A stretch of DNA of 32,000 nt from Bordetella parapertussis (GTDB lineage Bacteria > Pseudomonadota > Gammaproteobacteria > Burkholderiales > SG8-41): NCBI GenBank assembly GCA_945901405.1, contig CAMDLH010000034.1, positions 1 to 32,000 on the forward strand, read 5' to 3'. Shown piece after piece: positions 19,301 through 26,201 of the stretch. Under the pieces are notes generated by a model. The model worked only from the letters and a program-made list of their open reading frames with translations. It searched no databases and was not told where the DNA came from. The position numbers were made by a program, and so were the translations under genes. The number at the start of each line of letters is the position of its first letter. Within the stretch, counting starts at the first letter, position 1.

Positions 19301-19837
19301 ATCAACGGCGGAAACGGGAATGACTCGATTGGCGGCGGAGACGGTAACGATATCATCGGCGGCGGCAACGGTAACGACATTCTCGCCGGTGGCCGCGGCA
19401 ATGACATACTCAATGGCGGCAATGGCGAAGACACGCTGTCGGGCGGGGCGGGAATCGACAACCTGGGCGGCGGGCGCGGCAACGATTCCATTGATGGCGG
19501 CGCGGGTAGCGACATTCTTGCCGGCGGCAGCGGCATGGACACATTCAACTATCACGCCCTGGCGGATCGCGGCGCGGCGGGCGACGAGATCACCGATTTC
19601 GCCGCTGGCGCCGGCGGGGACGTGTTGAACCTTCACGACCTGCTGGACACGTTCTCCGGCATTGACGGCGGCACGCACGGCAATGCATTTAGCGGCGGCT
19701 TTGTGCGGTTTACCCAAGCGGGAAGCAACACCCTCGTTGAAGTCGATGGCAATGGCGGCGGCGACGCTTTCATCACCCTGGTGGGACTAACGAATACGGT
19801 ACTGGGGCAACACGATACCCAGAACTACATACTTTAA
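16310..19837 (+). CDS. Large RTX-type secreted protein with an N-terminal beta-propeller-like domain (SdiA-regulated/YjiK-type), cadherin-like modules, two lamin-tail domains (LTD), Ca-binding nonapeptide repeats and a T1SS C-terminal target domain
   Basis: 1175 aa. AGGAG lies 9 nt upstream of the ATG, and there is no N-terminal signal peptide. LTD signature ISEVAPWSSGNSPVGADWFE(I/V)TNT...NISGWKMDD occurs twice. GGNGNDxIxGG repeats span about 19247-19546. The tail GDEITDFAAGAGGDVLNLHDLLD resembles the VC_A0849-type T1SS signal. Confidence 0.85.
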   Translation: MSLSNVDLSTYVLVGQYDLPEPTRTAAPADSLLAQEVSAVTYNWDTDTLFVVGDGGTSIVQVTKTGELINSMTLAPGGSPQGTEFYDTEGLTYIGNGQFVMIEERDRQAVLFTYEAGGTLTRSEALTVDLGTFVQNIGIEGISYDPLTGGFIAVKEALPEGIFQTAIDFEAGTATNGSSTTENSVNLFNPVLLNLSDFADVFVLSNLSALSGQTDYSHLLVLSQEAGVILNVDRSGVIYSSLTITSPAGNPLTVSAQQHEGLTMDASGNLYVVSENGGGDFDHPQIWVYAPSSVPNQAPSALALTSPVNAIVENTSTATRLKVANVAITDDGLGTNNLTVSGADAAFFEVDRNGLYLKAGTILDFETKANYNVTVNVDDPALGGTPDASASFALALTDVAVETPPVPTLIISEVAPWSSGNSPVGADWFEITNTGQIAVNISGWKMDDSSNSFGSAVTLNGITSIAPGESVIFIETSDLAGKTAAFLANWFGANPPAGLHIGNYSGGGVGLSTGGDAVNLFNGSGVLQANVVFGASPAGPFPTFDNWAGINNATISQLSAAGINSGFVAANAASEVGSPGTAGKLFISEVAPWSSGNSPVGADWFEVTNTTARAVNISGWKMDDSSGSPAAAVPLSGITSIASGESVIFIEMPASGNAATYIANFKTVWFGDNAPANLQVGTYTGGGVGLSTGGDAVNLYNSGGVLQTGISFGTSPAGPQFGSFDNAVALSGVAISKLSAVGVSGGFAAINDNNEIASPGAVATVNQAPVAVDNTLSSIAEDSGPRTISFASLTANDSKGSVTENAQSLTIIGVSNAVGGTVSIAGTDVIFAPAHNFNGRASFEYTVQDNGTTRSVNNFLSDAGAVSFDITAVNDAPEVTPATFDIAENDSVAGVAAAIDAEGDAFTFALEGGADQAFFSIDANTGALSFNNTPDFETPEDADNDNTYEVLVAATDIFGAVGTQTINVKVGDVVEAGLAIDGGNGNAVLTGATGNDTINGGNGNDSIGGGDGNDIIGGGNGNDILAGGRGNDILNGGNGEDTLSGGAGIDNLGGGRGNDSIDGGAGSDILAGGSGMDTFNYHALADRGAAGDEITDFAAGAGGDVLNLHDLLDTFSGIDGGTHGNAFSGGFVRFTQAGSNTLVEVDGNGGGDAFITLVGLTNTVLGQHDTQNYIL
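17534..18589 (+). repeat. Tandem in-gene duplication of a 528-bp (176-aa) LTD-containing module
   Basis: Copy 1 is 17534-18061 and copy 2 is 18062-18589. Long identical stretches exist at DNA level, for example tctccgaagtcgc, ggcgccgactggttcgag and ggcttgagtaccggcggcgacgccgtgaatct versus ggcctgagcacgggcggtgatgcggtgaatct. Confidence 0.85.
19247..19546 (+). repeat. RTX nonapeptide (GGxGxDxUx) coding repeats
   Basis: About 10 consecutive units, for example GGNGNDSIG, GGDGNDIIG, GGNGNDILA and GGRGNDILN. Confidence 0.9.
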
Positions 19838-19862
19838 TCCGCCGCGAGAATCAGGACATGCG

Positions 19863-19883
19863 CCGTTCCCGAGGCGGGAACGG
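19863..19883. terminator. Hairpin between the convergent RTX and GT4 genes (candidate terminator)
   Basis: CCGTTCCCG-AGG-CGGGAACGG is a perfect 9-bp stem. There is no clean U-tract on either side (TTGCATCT follows on the plus strand). Confidence 0.4.
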
Positions 19884-19951
19884 TTGCATCTGCGCGGTTG
19901 GATTGGACCCAGCGCCGGGCGACTGGAGAACGCTTGGAGAACTTATGGCGC

Positions 19952-21190
19952 CTACGGGGCCGGCGACTGGTATAAGCCTGTTTCTTGAACTTCGTGCGTC
20001 TCACCCGTGCGCAAAATCGCCGCACGAAATACCGCTTCGGTGCGCTCCACGATCGCGTCCCACCCCTGCGCCAACGCGGCCTGCCGCGCGCGCAGCCGCA
20101 TCGAGTTTCTTAACGTGATGTCGCCCGCCACTTGCAGCGCGCCCGCTAGCAGCAGGTCCTCGCGGCCCGGCGACACCGCCAGTCCATTTTTTTGATTGCG
20201 TATCAGCTCATGCGCCGCGGCATGATCGTAGGCCACGACGGCCAGCCCGCTGGCCATGGCTTCGAGCGTGACGTTGCCAAAAGTCTCCGTCAGGCTCGGG
20301 AAGATAAACATATCCGCGCTGGCATAATGTTCCGCCAGGGATCGGCCGGTTTGAAAGCCGGCAAATACCGCATCGGGGCAATCGATCTGCAACTGCCGGC
20401 GCAAAGGGCCGTCTCCTACGATCACTAGTTTTACGCGTACCTGCGCACCGCGCAGCGAGTTGTAGCAGCGCACGACCGCCGCCAGATTTTTCTCAGCTGC
20501 CAGTCTGCCCACCGACAGGATTACGACTGTATCGGGCGCAGCGCCCCAGGATTTCCGCAGTTCAGCGGAATTTTGATACGGAGAGAATATTTTCGTGTCC
20601 ACGCCGCGCGGTACCACTGACAGTCTGTCGAACGCCATGCCCGCGAGTTCGCGCTTCAGTTGTTGGGTGGGAACCATCGTGCAATCGGCGTCGTTGTGAA
20701 ACTTTCGCATATAGGATTCAATCGCGCCCTTCAGCCAGCCGATACCATAAAACCGGCTATACGCATGGAAGTTGGTGCGAAAGTCGGTGCTCACCGGTAT
20801 TTGCAGCGAGCGCGCCGCTCGCAATGCAGACCATCCCAACGGCCCTTCCGTGGCAATGTGAACAATGTCGGGCCGCGCGGCCCGCCACAGGCGCCGCAAC
20901 TCACCGCCCGCGGGAAAACCCATCCTGAGTTGTTGGTACATGGGAATCGGTATCCCGCGTACCAATAGCTCCTGAAACCGGCCTCGACGTGCCGGCGTCT
21001 CGTTGTTGTGCTGCCGGGGGCGGACAAGGGTAAGTTCATGCCCCTTGGCCAGCAATCCCTCCACCACCTTTGACGTGGTGTGCGCGACTCCGTTGATATC
21101 CGGCGGATAGGTTTCCGTAACGAATGTGATGCGCAGTTTTTCGGCAGTTGCGAAGACGGAGCCGCGCCGCGTTTGAATGGGTGTGTTCAT
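19952..21190 (-). CDS. GT4-family glycosyltransferase, Agt-like candidate glycosyl-diacylglycerol synthase
   Basis: 412 aa counted from ATG 21190 (the ORF-track start 21199 is TTG). The N-terminus RITFVTETYPPDINGVAHT and C-terminal FPSLTETFGNVTLEAMASGL are typical GT-B/GT4 motifs. It is preceded by the best Pho box in the window. Confidence 0.8.
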   Translation of the reverse strand: MNTPIQTRRGSVFATAEKLRITFVTETYPPDINGVAHTTSKVVEGLLAKGHELTLVRPRQHNNETPARRGRFQELLVRGIPIPMYQQLRMGFPAGGELRRLWRAARPDIVHIATEGPLGWSALRAARSLQIPVSTDFRTNFHAYSRFYGIGWLKGAIESYMRKFHNDADCTMVPTQQLKRELAGMAFDRLSVVPRGVDTKIFSPYQNSAELRKSWGAAPDTVVILSVGRLAAEKNLAAVVRCYNSLRGAQVRVKLVIVGDGPLRRQLQIDCPDAVFAGFQTGRSLAEHYASADMFIFPSLTETFGNVTLEAMASGLAVVAYDHAAAHELIRNQKNGLAVSPGREDLLLAGALQVAGDITLRNSMRLRARQAALAQGWDAIVERTEAVFRAAILRTGETHEVQETGLYQSPAP

Positions 21191-21197
21191 GCACGGC

Positions 21198-21231
21198 AAT
21201 TTAAAGGACTTTCACGACAGACATATGACAG
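21198..21231 (-). promoter_or_regulatory. Pho box promoter of the GT4 gene
   Basis: Minus strand reads CTGTCATATGTCTGTCGT (16/18 to CTGTCATAWAWCTGTCAY). A 10-bp spacer GAAAGTCCTT and TAAATT follow. The ATG lies only 7 nt after the -10. Confidence 0.65.
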
Positions 21232-21291
21232 CGAATTTCCGCGCACCGGCACGGGCCTTGGGCGCGCGCGAATGGGTAAATGGACTTCCTT

Positions 21292-21336
21292 TTGTCAAGG
21301 AAACGTCATCAAACTTTCATGTTTACCAGACATATT
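21292..21336 (+). promoter_or_regulatory. Triple-half-site Pho-box promoter of the 4-TM membrane protein gene
   Basis: TTGTCAA-ggaa-ACGTCAT-caaa-CTTTCAT has three heptamers at exact 11-bp phasing. A 10-bp spacer and CATATT (21331-21336) follow. Confidence 0.55.
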
Positions 21337-21414
21337 GCCCGGCTATTGACGTTTCCTTTGTTGGTGTTTTCCGATTGAAGTCAGTAGTACCTACCCATTA
21401 ATCAGGGAGTCCGC

Positions 21415-22023
21415 ATGAAAAATCTGATGGATACATTGCGCGTTCAGCGCTGGGACGATCACCGTTATTATCACCACAGCAGAATCAATCAGGCGCTGCA
21501 TCTCATCAGCGCTATTTCATTCCTGGTTTCGTATGTCTATCTTTTCATAGACCCGGTGATCGCGGCACTGGTGGCGTGGCTGGTCGCCATGACCACGCGG
21601 CAGGCCGGGCATTTCTTTTTTGAACCCAAGTGTTACGATGAGGTCAATCAGGCGACCCACGAACACAAGGAACGCATCAAGGTCGGCTACAACCTGCACC
21701 GCAAGCTGGTGCTGCTGGGCATCTGGATCATGATTCCCCTGGTGGCGTATTTCTGGCCCGCCTATATCACCTGGGCCGTGCCAGAAAAATACGAGGACAC
21801 GACAGCACGCATTGTCGGCATGGCGTGGCTGCTGCTCGGCATCGCGGGACTGCTGTTTCGCGCGGGGCAGGTGTGGCTGAATGACCGCTTCGAGAGCGCG
21901 CTGGCGTGGGTGCTTAAGATCCTCACTGATCCATTTCACGACATCAAGTTATACCATCGCGCACCGCTGCAACTGCTGCGCGGCGAGTGGATGGACCCCA
22001 TGTCGCATGTGCGGCCTCATTGA
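21415..22023 (+). CDS. Hypothetical 4-TM membrane protein with His-rich motifs (possibly Mpo1/DUF962-like)
   Basis: 202 aa, with GGGAG 6 nt upstream of the ATG. Has four hydrophobic helices. HHSRINQALH and AGHFFFEP loosely resemble the DUF962 motifs HxxxxNxxxH and GHxxxExxxP. This assignment is tentative. Confidence 0.6.
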   Translation: MKNLMDTLRVQRWDDHRYYHHSRINQALHLISAISFLVSYVYLFIDPVIAALVAWLVAMTTRQAGHFFFEPKCYDEVNQATHEHKERIKVGYNLHRKLVLLGIWIMIPLVAYFWPAYITWAVPEKYEDTTARIVGMAWLLLGIAGLLFRAGQVWLNDRFESALAWVLKILTDPFHDIKLYHRAPLQLLRGEWMDPMSHVRPH

Positions 22024-23691
22024 TCATGCCGCCATGCGCGCGCGCAGCATTTCTTTCAATACCTGCCGGCGGATGGTCTTGTTGGTCTGGCCTTGGGGTG
22101 CCCACCACCATCCCTCGGCGGACATCTGCTGCGCCGCACGCGCGAATCGCGTGCAGAATTCCTCGTAGTCTTGTTCGTCAAAATTGAGACTGAAAATCAG
22201 GCGCCCGCTCCCCACCCAGCTAAGTGCGATGCCGTGGCGGCGCAGATAGAACTGGAAGAGCCAGTTGTAGCGCGCCGGTTTCGTGAACAATACTGTCCAC
22301 ACCGTCGACATCGCCGCCACCCGCACTGGCAGGTCTTCGCGATCCAGCCGCTGGTTAAGCTGATCCGCGCGAGCGTGCCAGAGTGCATCGATATTTTCAT
22401 AGAGCGCTTTTACTTGTGGCGACTCCAGGCGCTGCAGAAACTCATTCATGGCGCCCATCACGTAAGGATGGGCGTTGAAGGTGCCGCGCGCAAAGCAAAT
22501 ATCGGCGGGGCGTTCATTGCCGAATCTGCGCATGAGGTAGGCCTTGCCGCAAAGCACGCCCACCGGCAGCCCGCCGCCGAGTGTCTTGCCATAGGTTACA
22601 AGGTCGGCCCGCACGCCGAAGTATTCCTGCGCACCGCCGCGCGCGAGCCTGAATCCCAGAAACACTTCATCAAAAATGAGCACGATGCCGCGCTCGCTGC
22701 AAACCTTGCGAAGCGCTTCCAGCCAGTGAGTGTAGGCAACACGGTGGAATGCCGCACTGCGTGCGCTATCCACCAGCGTCGAATCCGTCGGCGCCGGGCG
22801 GTTCGGATGCAGGGCTTGCAACGGATTGACCAGCACACAAGCGATGTCGCGGCGGTTACGCAAAACGCGCAATGTCGAATCATGCATCTCGCGCAGCGTG
22901 AACGTTTGACTGGCGGGCGGCAGCGGGTTGCCGGGGCCGGGCTGCACATCGTCCCACCAGCCGTGGTAGGCGCCGGTAAAGCGCACCAGTTGAGTACGGC
23001 CCGTGTGATAGCGCGCAAGCCTTACAGCCTGCATGACGGCCTCCGTGCCGGACATGTGAAACGACACTTCATCCATGCCCGATATGGCGCGCAGCCGTGT
23101 CACGTTATCCAGCACGCACGGATGATACGAACCCAGCGCCGGCCCCAACTCGCGAACACGTTGCGCACCCTCGTCAATACAGGATTTATAGAAATCCAGT
23201 CCAAACAGATTGACGCCGTACGACCCGGTGACATCGATAAACCGGTTGCCGTCCATGTCCATAAGCCAAACGCCGTCACTCTTGTTCCAGTAGCTGCCGA
23301 TACGCAGGTGTTGCTGCAACACCTCGCGAAACTGAAACGGCACGCGGTAGCTGCTGATGAACTGCAAATCCGAAATCATCGGCTTGCTGGCGTCGGTATG
23401 TGCCAGCGTGAGCGGACTCTGGTTGCGCAAGCCGGCGCCAAGTTCCTTGAGTGCGTGGCGCCGCTGATTGGCAATATCGGCGGGCGCGCCGTCGGTGGTG
23501 AACCACTGCCCGTCCTCATACGCATAGCCCGGAACCCAGCGTGCCATGCGCTGCGCCCAGCGCACGTGCCCTGTCAGAGATGGATATTTTGCAAAGGACA
23601 ACTCGATACGTTGCTTGATTCTCCGCAGCACGTATACAGCGGCTGGCAACAAGACAATGAGTACGGCAATTAATACTGTTGACTCAGGCAT
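22024..23691 (-). CDS. Membrane-anchored class-III (HemL/GSA-aminomutase-like) PLP-dependent aminotransferase with a roughly 170-aa N-terminal extension
   Basis: 555 aa counted from ATG 23691. Has an N-terminal TM helix [17 protein letters not shown]. The PLP-lysine region [22 protein letters not shown] matches HemL [38 protein letters not shown] is typical of the fold. Confidence 0.8.
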   Translation of the reverse strand: [555 protein letters not shown]

Positions 23692-23719
23692 GGCATTCGT
23701 CCCCGGAAAACCTATGTCT

Positions 23720-23737
23720 ATGACAAATTTATGAAGA
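23720..23737 (-). promoter_or_regulatory. Pho-box-like site between the aminotransferase and psd starts
   Basis: Minus strand reads TCTTCATAAATTTGTCAT (14/18). It lies 28 nt upstream of the aminotransferase ATG and ends 2 nt from the psd ATG on the opposite strand. No good -10 sits at the canonical 10-bp spacing (TAGGTT lies 5 bp away). Confidence 0.3.
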
Positions 23738-23738
23738 A

Positions 23739-24611
23739 ATGATGAAAATCCGGGAATTGGCGCAAAAACTCGCTTTACAGGAAGACCTGAATTTCCTCCT
23801 GAGCAACCGCATTCCCCGGCTCGCGGCAACCCACTTCATGGGCTGGTTCAGCCAGATTCGCCAGCCCTGGGTATGCAGCGCGTCTATTGCGGCATGGAAA
23901 GTTTTTTCCGATCTGGACCTGAGTGAGGCGCGAAAACAGAAGTTCGACAGTCTTCACGACTGCTTCGTGCGCGAACTCGTTGCCGGCGCACGCACGCCCG
24001 ACCCCGATCCGAACATACTGGTCAGTCCCTGCGATGGCATCGTCGGCGCCTGCGGTCAGGTCGAGGGCGGCAACGTATTCCAGGCGAAGGGATTTCCCTA
24101 CAGCTTGAATGATCTCTTCGGCAATGAACACGCCGCGCGGCCTTGGCATGACGGCGTCTACGTGACCGTGCGTATCACTTCGGCGATGTACCACCGGTTT
24201 CACGCGCCCTATCGCGGGACAATGCGGCAAGTGCGCTACATCGCGGGCGATACTTGGAACGTAAATCCGATCGCGCTCAAGCGCGTTGAAAAATTATTCT
24301 GCAAGAATGAGCGGGCGGTGCTGTCGCTTGAGATTGGAGCGCAACGCTATCCCGTGGCGCTGGTTCCCGTGGCGGCGATCCTGGTGGGGGGAATTCGCCT
24401 GCACGGACTGGACACGCTGTTTCACACGCGTTACGGCGGCCCCACGGATTTTAGTTGCACGGTTGATTTTGACAAAGGCGATGAACTGGGCTGGTTTCAG
24501 CATGGCTCCACGATTCTGCTGTTCGCGCCCAGGGGGTTTCGTCTGGCGGATCAAATTGCGCTTGGCGCGCGCGTCAAGGCGGGCCAGATACTGATGCGCC
24601 TACCCGGCTGA
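23739..24611 (+). CDS. psd: Phosphatidylserine decarboxylase proenzyme
   Basis: 290 aa. Collinear with E. coli Psd: DPNILVSPCDG, YHRFHAPY, and the self-cleavage motif FQHGSTILLF (G-S-T). Confidence 0.9.
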   Translation: MMKIRELAQKLALQEDLNFLLSNRIPRLAATHFMGWFSQIRQPWVCSASIAAWKVFSDLDLSEARKQKFDSLHDCFVRELVAGARTPDPDPNILVSPCDGIVGACGQVEGGNVFQAKGFPYSLNDLFGNEHAARPWHDGVYVTVRITSAMYHRFHAPYRGTMRQVRYIAGDTWNVNPIALKRVEKLFCKNERAVLSLEIGAQRYPVALVPVAAILVGGIRLHGLDTLFHTRYGGPTDFSCTVDFDKGDELGWFQHGSTILLFAPRGFRLADQIALGARVKAGQILMRLPG

Positions 24612-24676
24612 AACGCACCCGCGATCCGACGCAAATTTCAATCTTGAAGCCCGCGCGGACAGCAATGCCGCCGCGT

Positions 24677-24710
24677 ATGTCACAAGAGCTTCATGCTAGT
24701 CCGGGACAAT
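24677..24710 (+). promoter_or_regulatory. Pho-box-like promoter of ugd
   Basis: ATGTCACAAGAGCTTCAT matches 12/18, followed by a 10-bp spacer and GACAAT. It lies about 50 nt upstream of ATG 24759. Confidence 0.4.
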
Positions 24711-24758
24711 CCCCATCGTTGCTTCAACTCCACTTTCTTGATCGCGGAGGCGTCATAC

Positions 24759-26189
24759 ATGCGAATTACTGTCATAGGCACGGGATACGTAGGGCTGGTA
24801 ACGGGAACTTGTCTCGCCGAATTGGGTAACGCGGTGGTTTGCGTTGATCTGTCCGTGGACAAAATCCATGGTCTCAATCATGGTGTGGCGCCAATACACG
24901 AGCCCGGTCTGGAAGACATGATTCAGCGCAACAAGGGGCCGGGCCGCATCAGTTTCACCACGGATATCGAGGCGGCGATCACGCACGGCGAGGTCGTGTT
25001 TATCGCAGTCGGCACGCCACCACTGGAAAGCGGCGGCGCCGACACACGATACGTACTCGCGGCGGCACGCGATATCGGACGTTGGATGAACGAATTTAAA
25101 GTGGTCGTCAACAAGTCCACTGTTCCCGTCGGAACAGCCGATCAGGTCAAGGCCGCGATAAGCCAAGAGTTGCACGCGCGCGGTTTCCTCGGCGCCCCCG
25201 CCCAGGAGCGCCTGTCGTTCTCGGTGGTGTCCAATCCGGAGTTTCTGAAGGAGGGCGCGGCAATTGAGGATTTCATGCGCCCGGACCGGATCGTGCTGGG
25301 CGCGGGTGACAACGAGCCGGATCAACGCGCCCTGGCCACCATGCGAATACTTTACTCGCCGTTTAACCGGCATCATGAGCGCACGCTGGTCATGACCAAT
25401 CGCGCGGCGGAACTCACCAAGTATGCCGCCAATGCGATGCTGGCAACTCGCATCTCGTTCATGAACGAATTGGCCAACCTTGCGGAACGGGTGGATGTGG
25501 ATATCGAGTCGGTACGCCAGGGTATTGGGTCCGACCCGAGAATCGGCTACAGCTTTCTCTATGCGGGCGCCGGTTGTGGCGGGTCGTGCTTTCCCAAGGA
25601 TGTGCGGGCTTTGCAACAGACCGCCAGGGAAAATGGAACGAGCATGCGCGTGCTGGAGGCGGTAGACAGTGTGAATCAGCAGCAAAAGCGCAGAATCCTT
25701 GAAAAGGTGCACGCACATTTCGGCGAGGATTTGCGCGGACTGACCATCACCGTCTGGGGCCTGGCCTTCAAGCCCGACACAGACGATGTGCGCGAAGCGC
25801 CCAGCAGAATCGTGATCACGGGGTTATTGAAACGCGGCGCCTGCGTGCGCGCTCACGACCCGGTGGCCAATCACGCCGCGCGCACGGCGCTGCAAGATGA
25901 TTTGATAGACAGCAAACATCTATGGCCGCGCATGGAATTTTTCGCGGATGCCAGCGACGCGCTGCAAGGCGCGGATGCGCTGGTCATCATGACCGAGTGG
26001 AAATCGTTCCGCAGCCCAAGCTTCGCCACGCTGAAGAAATCACTGTCGGCCCCGGTGATTTTTGACGGGCGCAATCTGTTTGAACCGAAGGTGATGGCGG
26101 GCGAAGGGTTCGTCTATCACGGTATTGGACGCGTCGGTTTGCCCGCCGGCTCGCGCCTCGCGCTGGTTAAGCGGCCGCTAGCGGCTTAG
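24759..26189 (+). CDS. ugd: UDP-glucose 6-dehydrogenase
   Basis: 476 aa counted from ATG 24759, with GCGGAGG 8 nt upstream. Has the Rossmann motif [16 protein letters not shown] and the catalytic region GGSCFPKD. Confidence 0.9.
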   Translation: MRITVIGTGYVGLVTGTCLAELGNAVVCVDLSVDKIHGLNHGVAPIHEPGLEDMIQRNKGPGRISFTTDIEAAITHGEVVFIAVGTPPLESGGADTRYVLAAARDIGRWMNEFKVVVNKSTVPVGTADQVKAAISQELHARGFLGAPAQERLSFSVVSNPEFLKEGAAIEDFMRPDRIVLGAGDNEPDQRALATMRILYSPFNRHHERTLVMTNRAAELTKYAANAMLATRISFMNELANLAERVDVDIESVRQGIGSDPRIGYSFLYAGAGCGGSCFPKDVRALQQTARENGTSMRVLEAVDSVNQQQKRRILEKVHAHFGEDLRGLTITVWGLAFKPDTDDVREAPSRIVITGLLKRGACVRAHDPVANHAARTALQDDLIDSKHLWPRMEFFADASDALQGADALVIMTEWKSFRSPSFATLKKSLSAPVIFDGRNLFEPKVMAGEGFVYHGIGRVGLPAGSRLALVKRPLAA

Positions 26190-26201
26190 GTATCATTTAC
26201 C

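Noticed and set aside
19247-19546. Periodic 27-bp DNA repeats, considered as a possible CRISPR or VNTR
   Set aside because: They are in-frame RTX nonapeptide codons inside a continuous ORF. No spacer/repeat structure is present.
18515-19717. 400-aa ORF antisense to the RTX repeat region, together with other antisense ORFs at 17419-18288 and 19150-19548
   Set aside because: These are mirror images of low-complexity GGxGxD and Ala/Gly-rich coding sequence. No independent start signals are present.
22093-23673. 526-aa ORF on the plus strand, antisense to the aminotransferase
   Set aside because: This is a typical long antisense ORF in high-GC DNA. It is rich in R, A and H, carries no recognisable motifs and has no RBS. 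The opposite strand carries unambiguous PLP-enzyme motifs.
23731-23742. Three-codon mini-ORF (ATG AAG AAA TGA) overlapping the psd ATG
   Set aside because: It is too short to distinguish from chance in an AT-rich promoter region, and there is no supporting RBS.
24753-25718. 321-aa ORF antisense to ugd
   Set aside because: The plus strand encodes a textbook UDP-glucose dehydrogenase. The antisense ORF has no motifs.
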